Of a stretch of DNA of 41,769 nucleotides, positions 1-9,019 are shown piece after piece. Positions within the stretch are counted from its first letter, which is position 1. Each line of letters opens with the position of its first letter. Location: the NCBI GenBank assembly GCA_964255285.1, contig CAXUUL010000060.1:1-41769 (forward strand), in the 5' to 3' direction. Source of the DNA: Ionaspis alba. Its lineage: Eukaryota. A program made the translations under genes and the position numbers. The notes beneath the pieces were generated by a model, which was not told the DNA's origin, made no database searches, and saw only the letters and a list, made by a program, of their open reading frames with translations.

Positions 1-335
1 AGTGCCAGTACCACGCTGAAGAGAAGCACCTCATTCTCGTCCGCACCACCCACAACATACAGCATAACATCACCCTCCATCTTGAACACTACTACCCGAT
101 TGTCATAAAGTATCACATCACTCGTGCTCTTGTTCGTCTTCTCCATCAAGCCCTTCTCAAAAGCTTTTTGGTCCTTTACCGTAGGATAGGGATTAGCACC
201 GGGATATGAGGAGCCTGGCGGCGTGTGGAGGGGTGGGTGGGGTGCTGAATAGTATCTTGTCAGGAGCCGCGTGCGGTCATCGGTGGAGAGGATGAGGATA
301 GCGTTTATGGAGAAGAGGGTCATGTTGGGAGACAT
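1..335 (-). CDS. RET3: Coatomer subunit zeta (COPI), 5' part; runs off the left edge of the window
   Basis: Hand translation from the ATG at 335 (absent from the ORF track): MSPNMTLFSINAILILSTDDRTRLLTRYYSAPH...NPYPTVKDQKAFEKGLMEKTNKSTSDVILYDNRVVVFKMEGDVMLYVVGGADENEVLLFSVVLA. This matches the longin-type clathrin adaptor small chain/zeta-COP pattern. Confidence 0.93.
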   Translation of the reverse strand, partial: MSPNMTLFSINAILILSTDDRTRLLTRYYSAPHPPLHTPPGSSYPGANPYPTVKDQKAFEKGLMEKTNKSTSDVILYDNRVVVFKMEGDVMLYVVGGADENEVLLFSVVLA

Positions 336-779
336 TTTCGCAGCTCAATTGTGCCTCGTAAGATGTCAGGTTCTGCGATTGATCAATTGGTGCTTGAGCT
401 CGTGGTTCCTCAATGAAGAGTTGTCACCAAAATATTTGAGGCTCTTTTAGGGTTTAGGTAGCCGCATGCCGGTGCGCTAGGACAGATCTGCAACCGGTAC
501 CCCAGGGGGCCTAGTTGACTCGTACAGTACGATTACAGTTAGATCAGTAGCAGCGATGTCGCGTTCTGTGTTACAAACTATCAATCGAGTGGGATCTAAA
601 TTTGTTCTACTTCTGATAGTGAGCTAGAGACTACAGAAAAAATAAATGACCGCACGTTAGCCACGAAAACTCCCACAACTCCATGCTAAACCAAAAAGCC
701 TACGCCATGCAATGCCGAGTATATGCCCAGATAACGCACCTAATCCTGGTACCATACAGTGTTTGCAAACATATCAACA

Positions 780-2031
780 TCACCTCTTCCTTCTCTGGCT
801 GTCCTTGCCTCCATCACTGCTAAGCAGTGACTCCTCTTCTTCCATTTTAGGTGGGCTGGTACTAGTACTTCCAACGACTGTGGGACTGCTCTCTCCATCT
901 CTCTCGGGGTTGTACTCGTCGATTTCTTTGGGGTCGTCTTTCAAGTTCCTGTGTTTTTTGGTGTTGTTTGCTTTAGAACCGGTACGTGCAGGTTTCTTTG
1001 GCGCGTCAGACTCGTCTGCGCTGTCGAAAGACGCATCCCATTCATCTTCTTGTCGCCTCGCGTGGCCATGATTGAGATCATCTGTTTCACTATCCTCACT
1101 TGGGACTGCTTCGTGGTCCTGGAGCTTCTGGTCCTTGATGAAGCCGTCGATAATATAGTATTGTAAAGCATTCATGATGACAGGGAAGAAGAGCATGACG
1201 AAGAATACTTGCACCATCTCGTTGCCCTCAGTCCATCGAAGAGCCCAGTCTCCGACGTGTACGATCCAAGGACATATCTTGAAGATGAAGAAGACACAGA
1301 GCTTCATGCCGAGAAGCCCGATGAAGTATATAAGACATTGCTTGAGCCACCACACTGTTTTGGGTGGACGACCATAGTTCCCGGACTGTATAGACTCTGG
1401 TGGACTTCCAAGCGGCGTCAACAAAAAACCAATGGTCAAAAGTCGGAGAAGCAAAATGAGGATAGGAATGCCGAGCGTGGTCTAAGTCCAGGGTCAGTAA
1501 TGTTTACCGACATGGAACAACTTTGATTATACTCACATCAATGGCCAGATTCAAAAGATAGAACGAGCACGGATTCGCCGTGTAACCAGTCGAAGTTGTC
1601 ACACTTAGCTGTCCTGAAGACAGCATGGACATGAGCAGGTTCGCTAGGTGCAGCAAAACGGATCCCACTACCTGTTTCGAAACATCGAAGCCCCAGATCT
1701 TAAGTGGCCGCTGCGGTCTCTCCCGCCATCGCTTGTAGACCAGGGACAAGAGAGCCAATCCACCCAAAGCACCTTGTACGAATATTGCAAAGGGTCCAAG
1801 AAGCTGACATTCTCCATTATCTGCATCAGGTTGGTCTGGGGAAGCGGAGGCAGTAGCGGCGATGGCAGTGAGGATGGTCGACGTAGCGCTGAGTAAATTC
1901 GAGGCTGCTGTCACAGTAGGGGTGCTTGACATCGAGGCGATGACTGGCGAAACGAAAGGCATTATCGGTACGGCGGTTGTGCCATATTGGAGTGTAGTTG
2001 CTGTCGAAAGCAACTCTGATATGACGCCCAT
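780..2031 (-). CDS. STIMATE-family (yeast YPL162C-like) vacuolar multi-pass membrane protein; exons 2031-1537 and 1481-780
   Basis: Motifs ECQLLGPFAIFVQGALG, KRWRERPQRPLKIWGFDVSKQ, NPCSFYLLNLAID|TTLGIP, SGNYGRPP and FPVIMNALQYYIIDGFIK. A 55-nt intron (1536-1482, GTGAGT..CTGAC..TAG) joins the two listed ORFs in frame. Confidence 0.88.
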
Positions 2032-3170
2032 AGAAGGCGAAGGGTTTCGGGTTCTGCTACAGTTCGTCTGGAGGTGATGAGCGTTGAAATATCTTCGATG
2101 ATTTTTGCAGAAGAAAGATTGATGTGAGTGGATGAGCGAGTCTTCAACTCCTCGAGCCTTCGATCACAACGGCCAACAAGGGACGAGTTGGTCTCGTTGG
2201 AGTAGTCTCAGTCCTGGTGCTGCATGACCTGAGCCTTTTCTGCTACAGGCCAATCTGATCCTCACAATGTGGACAACCGATATCTGCTCTCTTGTATCCA
2301 GTAAATCGACTCGAGGTATGTCAATAAGCTGCACTGGCTTGACCTAGAAGATATATGGTCTGGCAGGATTGCCGCAGTAATGACCACACCGTTGCACAGC
2401 CACAGGACGTGCTAGAATGACACTAAATCATGCTAGGCTAAAATTTAGGCGTACATGCAACAAAGTTGTCGAGCCGAAGCCGCAACTCAGTTGGTGACCC
2501 ACTAAATATGCCAAAGAAACACCTTTACGGGTTGCCCTTTAGGTGGATAAAACTGTTGACTTGCCAGTAATTTGTAGCACAAGTCCTTTCCGCGTGCCAC
2601 CTTTTTTTGCAATCCGCACACAGGTCATCAAAAATGGCATGAACGGCTTGCAAGTTGCAACCACAGAAAGAGCTATCCGCCTTCTATGGTGTATACAGCG
2701 GTGATTCAAGTACCTCTATGCCAGGATTACATCACAGATCGCACAACTAAGTCCACAAGCCTTGATCGGGTCAAGGAGTGAAGCGCAAATCTGTAGACGA
2801 TGCACGTGCGACGTGTTGCGAAGCTGATCTTCGGGCTGTTCCTTACCGACTATTCATGCAAACAATCTACAGGGTGAATTGTGTTTTCTCTGAAGATCGA
2901 TCTCAAGAGAAATAATCTTGATATTGATTGTAATTTGATTATCAAAAACACTCCATATGGCCACTCCAGCGCTTGGAGTTTCCTCCATCGGATATCGTCT
3001 TCGTCAAAACACCTCAGAATCCAGAATCCCGCCAACGCCATTCGGCAACAACAGAACTAACGCCCGAGCAAGCCGAAATACCAGGGGAGGTGAATGACAG
3101 AGACCACCCAACGCGGCAGGGCCCTAGGCAGAAATCTGACGTGACAGAGATCTGCGAGCCCACATAAGGG

Positions 3171-3852
3171 TTATTCGATACCATGTTGTTTCTTGAGCTT
3201 TTCTAGATTCTCCTGACGTTCTGCCATGTCTTCTTTTGATTTTGCCATTTTCTCGGGCTGGTGATAGAGTACTGGAGTAGACATCAGCCATCAGCATACA
3301 GCAGACATATGACAAAGGTCGGATGATGCTTGTGACGCCGGACAGAGTGCCCCTTACCGACTAAGTAACGATTCTGAAAATTGAAACCGTTCAACTTATC
3401 ACACGCCTGTTTTGCATCCATTACATCCTCGTATACTACGAAGGCCGTGCCTTTGGAATTGTTGGCGATACCCTGACGGATTTGGCTGTGACACGTCAGC
3501 ACGCCCAAGTTGTTTCGTGAAGCTCCTAGAAGCCAAAGGTACGGGAGTATCGTTTTCAGACGCACCGGATTGGTCCAAACTTGCCGAACAGGTCAAACAG
3601 CTCGTCTGGTGTGACGTTGTAGCTGTAGAATATCAGTTCCGAGCTATCCGCCGACGTCGCTCTGATGGATGTCACATAAGGAAAGAAGGAAGCCGACGAA
3701 CCTTAGGTTTTTCACGAAAAGAGCTCTACGACCAGCATCGGTCAGCTACGGTCACGCCAAGGTAGTGAAGAGCATAATGTCGAGCAACAGCGGGGACAGG
3801 TAGTTTGGACAGACCGATTGACCTCTGGAGCAAGCTTGCCTCCACGACTCAT
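3171..3852 (-). CDS. SF3B6: Spliceosomal branch-site protein p14 (SF3b subunit 6, RRM); exons 3852-3815, 3725-3702, 3622-3566, 3485-3358, 3271-3171
   Basis: Four GT-AG introns give the spliced product [115 protein letters not shown], which is characteristic of p14. Confidence 0.95.
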
Positions 3853-4042
3853 GTCTGGAACGATCGCGATACACGGAGGATATTACCAACTTCTACCGAG
3901 GCTTGATATGGAGACGGTGAACTCTGACCGTTTGAGATTTATTGATCTCTAAGGTATGTGATTAAAAAGCGTTGGAGGTAGTTGAGATTCGATGTCACGT
4001 TGAAAGCGGAGGGAAGGAATTGGCGAGCCCAAATGAGCCGCA

Positions 4043-4142
4043 NNNNNNNNNNNNNNNNNNNNNNNNNNNNNNNNNNNNNNNNNNNNNNNNNNNNNNNNNN
4101 NNNNNNNNNNNNNNNNNNNNNNNNNNNNNNNNNNNNNNNNNN
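4043..4142. other. Assembly gap (100 N); identical 100-N gaps at 9136-9235, 11281-11380, 14711-14810, 18315-18414, 19642-19741
   Basis: Runs of exactly 100 N, i.e. placeholder gaps of unknown true size. Confidence 0.98.
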
Positions 4143-4354
4143 AACGCATCCACAGACAGCGACAACTATCTACTTTCTCTTTGCGATTGCGTTCTCGCTT
4201 TCGCATCCTACTGATGAAAAAGCACTGCCGTCACTACTTCTGGGCGCTTTCGACCCTTCTCTCCATCTTGCCTGACTATCGAGATTGAGAGCCCCGCGTC
4301 GTGTATCTCCCTCGTTCACATACATTTCCTCATACATGCAACAAGCCAGTAATC

Positions 4355-7300
4355 ATGCCTTTCAAGTCTTTCAAGCAGGACGGAAGGCCGCCTCCGCCAC
4401 ACTACCGTACTCCATCACCACCTCATCGGGACATCGAACTCATTTCTCCACATGCCCTCGAGGGCGCGAACGTTTGGACAGGTCACAAATACGCAGCAGG
4501 AAACACTTTTCCTACGAGAAGAAGGGGACATACACGAGATGTAAGAGACACACGTGGGTGTTCTCGGGAGGGAGCCCCACCAAACAAGATGGATGCCTTT
4601 GCCTCGATAGCGCTTGCGACGAAACCGAGTCAATCTTCATACATACCACGACCTTGCCGGCAAGGATTACATCAAATGCCAACATACGAAAAACGGCAAT
4701 CCGAGCGTCCCCACAAGAGAGCTAAGAGCGAGAAGGTTCCCTCGCCCGATGTTCGACGCGAGATTACAAGACCAGTGACTGGTTACGTACAACCCAATGA
4801 GGATCGTACGTTAGACGCAGAACTACTCTTGCATTTCTCGCGCTCTACATACCTTGCGGTGCCTCCTCGACCTCAGTGTTATCAAGAACCAGACACAGTG
4901 TCACGGTCTATTGCACCGGCTCTTGATCAATTGCAGACAAATATCAATCGTCCTCCGATTCCCAGTTGTCCCCCGACCTGGTATCAGGCAGCTCTCTTAA
5001 ATCAAGAGAAACAAGACGCCCACAATGCCGTGGAACAACAGTCTACAGTGAAACGGCCGACCAATGATCTTTCTAAGGTCGTGCTCTTGGGAAGCCACGC
5101 GGAGGCCGTGATGGAGGCTACCCCGAGTGAAGTAGCGAACGAAGCATTCACTGTGCGGGGATGTGATTCGCACGTTTTGGAACCATACGAGAGCGAGTTT
5201 GATCTGTCGACCTCCAATGAGCATGTTCGGCCTGCGCGATCCGCTACTCATCCAATATCCATGGATACTTACCAGGCCCAGGTCCATAATATTGTCGATA
5301 GCGGTTCGCAAGCAGAGATCATCATGGCCTCCCCGGCGCGATTTTACCACTGTTCTGGGAATCCGGAAAAGTTCTTGGACGGTATTGAGGAGGCTGCTAG
5401 AGAAGCTACGACAGACTTGATCCAGAAGCCGAGTATTCTGCCTGCCCAAGAGGAGACTACAGAAACGATCTTTGAAGCCTCACCCGAAAATCTAATACCT
5501 AAGAGACAAAGCGTCAACGTGCCATCTGTCTGTGCAGCTTGCAATTTTGCCCGCAATTCGCTCACGCTGGAGACAGAGAATAATGCAACTTCGTGGATCA
5601 GTTGTGATGGTTGCAAGGACTGGTTCCACTTTGCTTGTGCTGGGTTCAAGACCGAACGAGAAGTGCGAGATGTCGACAAATATCGATGTCGAAAGTGCAA
5701 ACCTATCCTTGGGCCGACTACGTTAGTCCGCAAATCAGCTCGGCCTCATAGTGCCATTGACTACGCCGGTCTCAATGAAGGTGTTTTGAAGACCTCGGAT
5801 GAAAATCCGGAACATCACTATATCAAACCAATTAAGGAAGGCATAATCAAGTTCAACCCCGAGACCTTTGCTCGCATGCGACCTGAATTAGTGACAGCGG
5901 AGTACTTTGAGAAGGGCGATGGAATGAAGGAACCAATTGTGATTCCAGCGGCCTGGAATCCACGCCCTCGAGCCATACCCCGGGGAATTCCAGGGAACAC
6001 AGTGAAGGACGGGGTAGACTCTACCGAAGCTGATTTGTCTACGGATGACCTTCATGACCAGTCCGTTCTCGATCAGTGGCTCTCGCACGAATTTGAATAC
6101 CAAACGGTCCCGGATCATGGTCAGGACGCGTTGGACATGGTCATTCCTCAAGATCTGACTGTGAGAAAGGTGGCGGAATTGTATGGCCCTGAAGAAAAAG
6201 TCGAGGTCATTGATGTCAAGTCTCAAAATGGGGAAGACAAGAAGTGGAATATGAGACGGTGGGCGGACTACTATGAAAGCCAAGACAACAAAATTGTCCG
6301 TAATGTCATCAGTCTTGAAGTATCTCAGAGCCAGCTTGGACGGCTCATTCGACGACCGAAGATTGTGCGCGATCTTGACCTACAAGACTCGGTGTGGCCG
6401 ACAGATCTTCTCGCGAAGGGGGACTATCCAAAGGTCCAATTTTATTGCCTTATGTCAGTTGCCGACTGTTTTACGGACTTCCACATTGACTTCGGCGGCT
6501 CTTCGGTTTTCTACCACATTCTGAAGGGCAAGAAGACCTTTTTCTTTATTCCACCGCATGAAAAGCACCTGAAGAAATACGAGGAGTGGTGTATGTCGCC
6601 TGCGCAGAATTGGACTTTCCTTGGCGATCAAACCAAGGAATGCTACCGTGTAGATCTCTCGGAGGGAGACACAATGCTGATACCTGCAGGCTGGATCCAT
6701 GCAGTTTGGACTCCGGAAGATAGTCTCGTCATTGGAGGTAATTTTCTTACAAGAATGCATTACCAAATGCAGATTCGTGTGGCGCAAATCGAGAAAGCTA
6801 CCGGAGTAGCTCGGAAGTTCCGATATCCTCATTTCCAAAAGCTCTTGTGGTATACCGCGCTACGCTATCTTGAGGAGGATCCTATACCGGAGAGCGTTGT
6901 CGAGTCACTACTTGCTGGGCAAAGCTTCTATCGAGAGCAGCCTACATATCTCGACTTCGACTCTTGGGGAGAGTCGTCTGTCCCAGGTCCAGAAAACTAT
7001 CATGCTAGATACTATTCCAAGCATGAGCTGGAAGGCCTTCCGGAGTTGGCTCGCTACCTACAAAGGACGGCACTCATCGCCATGGGAAATATCACGGATG
7101 GCATTAGCGTCGAGACTCGAAACGCAGTGAAAAGATCGATACCCAAAGGTCATGGAGAACCTCTTGACGTTGTCAAAAAATTTGCAATCTGGTACACCTG
7201 GAAGAACGGGAATGAGCCAATACCGCATTGGGCATATCCAGACCACGTACCAGAGGGAAGAGCGCCTGAACTAACGGAGAAAAAGCTTAGCAAAGCAGCA

Positions 7301-9019
7301 CTTCGAAAATTGGATCGCGAAGCAGCACGACAAGCTTGGCGAGTCGCACCCGATCGGCAGTCTACCCGTAGACGGTCGCAACCACATGTATTGACAGAAA
7401 TCTCAAACTTGACCGGTGACGCTCAGAGCGCTTCTAAGAAGACTGATAGCACTGGTTCCTCGACACCCCTGATTCAGCAAGCTGGTCCACTGAAGAGGAA
7501 GTTTGATGCCTCTGGCTCAGATGCTCAGACCCTTGGCTCACATCCGATTCCAGCTAAAAGGCCAAGACCTCTTCAGAAGGTGCATACAACGATAAACCGG
7601 CGGCCAGCCTGTGAGTCTTGCAGAAAGAGAAGAAGAGCGTGCAAACATAGGGAAGATGTTTCTTCCCTATCGAATGGTTCTACTCCTCAAGGACAAACAG
7701 ATCGGCTAGTCATCATCAACTCCAACCCTCAGGTACAAGTGCCGAGGTCAGACGCAAGGACTCTTTCAGAAGGCTCTTCGTCAGGGACCAGCAGCACAGC
7801 CTTGCTAGACGCAAAAATTCTTTCAGAATCATGCAGCGGACCGGATTTACAATTGGTGACCTCTTTGCAAGATTCGATAGCAAACAAACCACCTGAGAAT
7901 CTTGAGGGTATTCAGCCGTCGCCGAACCAGCCCAAGGGTAAGGCAACGACTTTGCCTTCTAGTCCCACAAAACCTACAGAATCCTTGATTGTACCCACCC
8001 TCAGCTTCAACACTAATAGTCCAATAAAGTCGCCCGGCAGAAGCAAAGCCTGTCAAGACTGTCGGAAGAGCAAGGTATGTGGAGGATCGTGTCCTGAAAT
8101 TTGGCAATCACTAATGATCCTCCAGCGACGATGTGTGCATGACGAACGGGGCAACGAAGACCCCATCAAGGTCGCCGAAGCAGCAATCCCGAGACCAGCA
8201 GCAGTCAAGAAACGCAAAATTAGCGGAGAAAGCCCGGATAATGGCAGTAGTAAGAAAGTAAAGAAAGCGCACAGGAGCCAAACTGTGGATGATCCATTTG
8301 CCCAAGGTCCAGCAAATCTGGCCATACAGGTACCCGCACCGTTGGCCTCGATGGCCGGACTTGACCCAAAGAGCAATATGCATACCGTTGAAGATTCGAG
8401 CCAGATTGCCGCACAGTTCCTAGAACAAGTGAGGAAACCGGAAAGCGGAATCCACAATGACACGATTACACTGCACACGCCTGCGAAATTACTGGCAAGG
8501 GCAGCTCAGACGGTGATCCTACCACCAACCTTCAGCCCCGAGGACGAAGTCAACCTGATCGCAACATCGCCACTTTCAGAGCTGAAATTCGAGCCAGAGT
8601 TCGAAAGCAATCTGCTTTCATCTGTTCAGAACTTCGCCCAACAACCAGCATCCTCTTTAGTCTCCCCACCAGCATCAGCACACACAGATACGGACCAAAC
8701 ACCACCGGCGTCCTCGGAACCTAATAACATGACGCCGTCTGCCACAGCATCTTCATCACGGCAGTCCTCTCGGCCGGCGAAGACGGTACAGCGCTATACA
8801 CCAGAGTCGGGATCCGCGAGGAGGGAGAGCACCGTTTCTCACGGCAGGGCCAGTGGTTCTCCTACCATTAGCGGAGGCGTCGTTTCAGGCCCCGGGTCGG
8901 CGCAGAAGCGAACGAAGAGTAGAATGGGTTCGGAGATTGAGGCGGACGAGGAGAGCATGAGGTTGATTCGGGAATTGCAGGCGCAGGATATGGGGCTTCG
9001 AAGGCGGGGCAGGGTCTGA
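4355..9019 (+). CDS. JHD1: JmjC domain histone demethylase JHD1/KDM2-like (PHD finger + JmjC + two Cx2Cx6CxH motifs); probable intron 8075-8125
   Basis: PHD finger CAACN...WISCDGCKDWFHFAC...YRCRKC. JmjC Fe ligands in TDFHIDFGGSSVFYH and PAGWIHAVWTP. First in-frame ATG is at 4355 (MPFKSF...YRTPSPP). A 51-nt GTATGT..CTAAT..CAG intron is present. Confidence 0.92.
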   Translation: MPFKSFKQDGRPPPPHYRTPSPPHRDIELISPHALEGANVWTGHKYAAGNTFPTRRRGHTRDVRDTRGCSREGAPPNKMDAFASIALATKPSQSSYIPRPCRQGLHQMPTYEKRQSERPHKRAKSEKVPSPDVRREITRPVTGYVQPNEDRTLDAELLLHFSRSTYLAVPPRPQCYQEPDTVSRSIAPALDQLQTNINRPPIPSCPPTWYQAALLNQEKQDAHNAVEQQSTVKRPTNDLSKVVLLGSHAEAVMEATPSEVANEAFTVRGCDSHVLEPYESEFDLSTSNEHVRPARSATHPISMDTYQAQVHNIVDSGSQAEIIMASPARFYHCSGNPEKFLDGIEEAAREATTDLIQKPSILPAQEETTETIFEASPENLIPKRQSVNVPSVCAACNFARNSLTLETENNATSWISCDGCKDWFHFACAGFKTEREVRDVDKYRCRKCKPILGPTTLVRKSARPHSAIDYAGLNEGVLKTSDENPEHHYIKPIKEGIIKFNPETFARMRPELVTAEYFEKGDGMKEPIVIPAAWNPRPRAIPRGIPGNTVKDGVDSTEADLSTDDLHDQSVLDQWLSHEFEYQTVPDHGQDALDMVIPQDLTVRKVAELYGPEEKVEVIDVKSQNGEDKKWNMRRWADYYESQDNKIVRNVISLEVSQSQLGRLIRRPKIVRDLDLQDSVWPTDLLAKGDYPKVQFYCLMSVADCFTDFHIDFGGSSVFYHILKGKKTFFFIPPHEKHLKKYEEWCMSPAQNWTFLGDQTKECYRVDLSEGDTMLIPAGWIHAVWTPEDSLVIGGNFLTRMHYQMQIRVAQIEKATGVARKFRYPHFQKLLWYTALRYLEEDPIPESVVESLLAGQSFYREQPTYLDFDSWGESSVPGPENYHARYYSKHELEGLPELARYLQRTALIAMGNITDGISVETRNAVKRSIPKGHGEPLDVVKKFAIWYTWKNGNEPIPHWAYPDHVPEGRAPELTEKKLSKAALRKLDREAARQAWRVAPDRQSTRRRSQPHVLTEISNLTGDAQSASKKTDSTGSSTPLIQQAGPLKRKFDASGSDAQTLGSHPIPAKRPRPLQKVHTTINRRPACESCRKRRRACKHREDVSSLSNGSTPQGQTDRLVIINSNPQVQVPRSDARTLSEGSSSGTSSTALLDAKILSESCSGPDLQLVTSLQDSIANKPPENLEGIQPSPNQPKGKATTLPSSPTKPTESLIVPTLSFNTNSPIKSPGRSKACQDCRKSKVCGGSCPEIWQSLMILQRRCVHDERGNEDPIKVAEAAIPRPAAVKKRKISGESPDNGSSKKVKKAHRSQTVDDPFAQGPANLAIQVPAPLASMAGLDPKSNMHTVEDSSQIAAQFLEQVRKPESGIHNDTITLHTPAKLLARAAQTVILPPTFSPEDEVNLIATSPLSELKFEPEFESNLLSSVQNFAQQPASSLVSPPASAHTDTDQTPPASSEPNNMTPSATASSSRQSSRPAKTVQRYTPESGSARRESTVSHGRASGSPTISGGVVSGPGSAQKRTKSRMGSEIEADEESMRLIRELQAQDMGLRRRGRV

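Noticed and set aside
446..458. TTTAGGGTTTAGG as a telomere or interstitial telomeric array
   Set aside because: Only about two imperfect units, located in a promoter; not an array.
3949..4275. ORFs spanning N gaps (also 8839-9343, 11042-11640, 18042-18591, 19430-19765)
   Set aside because: Their length is inflated by X runs and the reading frame across a placeholder gap is meaningless.
4301..4354. ORF-track GTG/TTG starts (e.g. JHD1 at 4301, PRP6 at 23075, THO7 at 21250, AIP1 at 27039, PAL at 41260)
   Set aside because: These come from bacterial-style start calling. True starts are downstream ATGs or upstream spliced exons, as modelled above.
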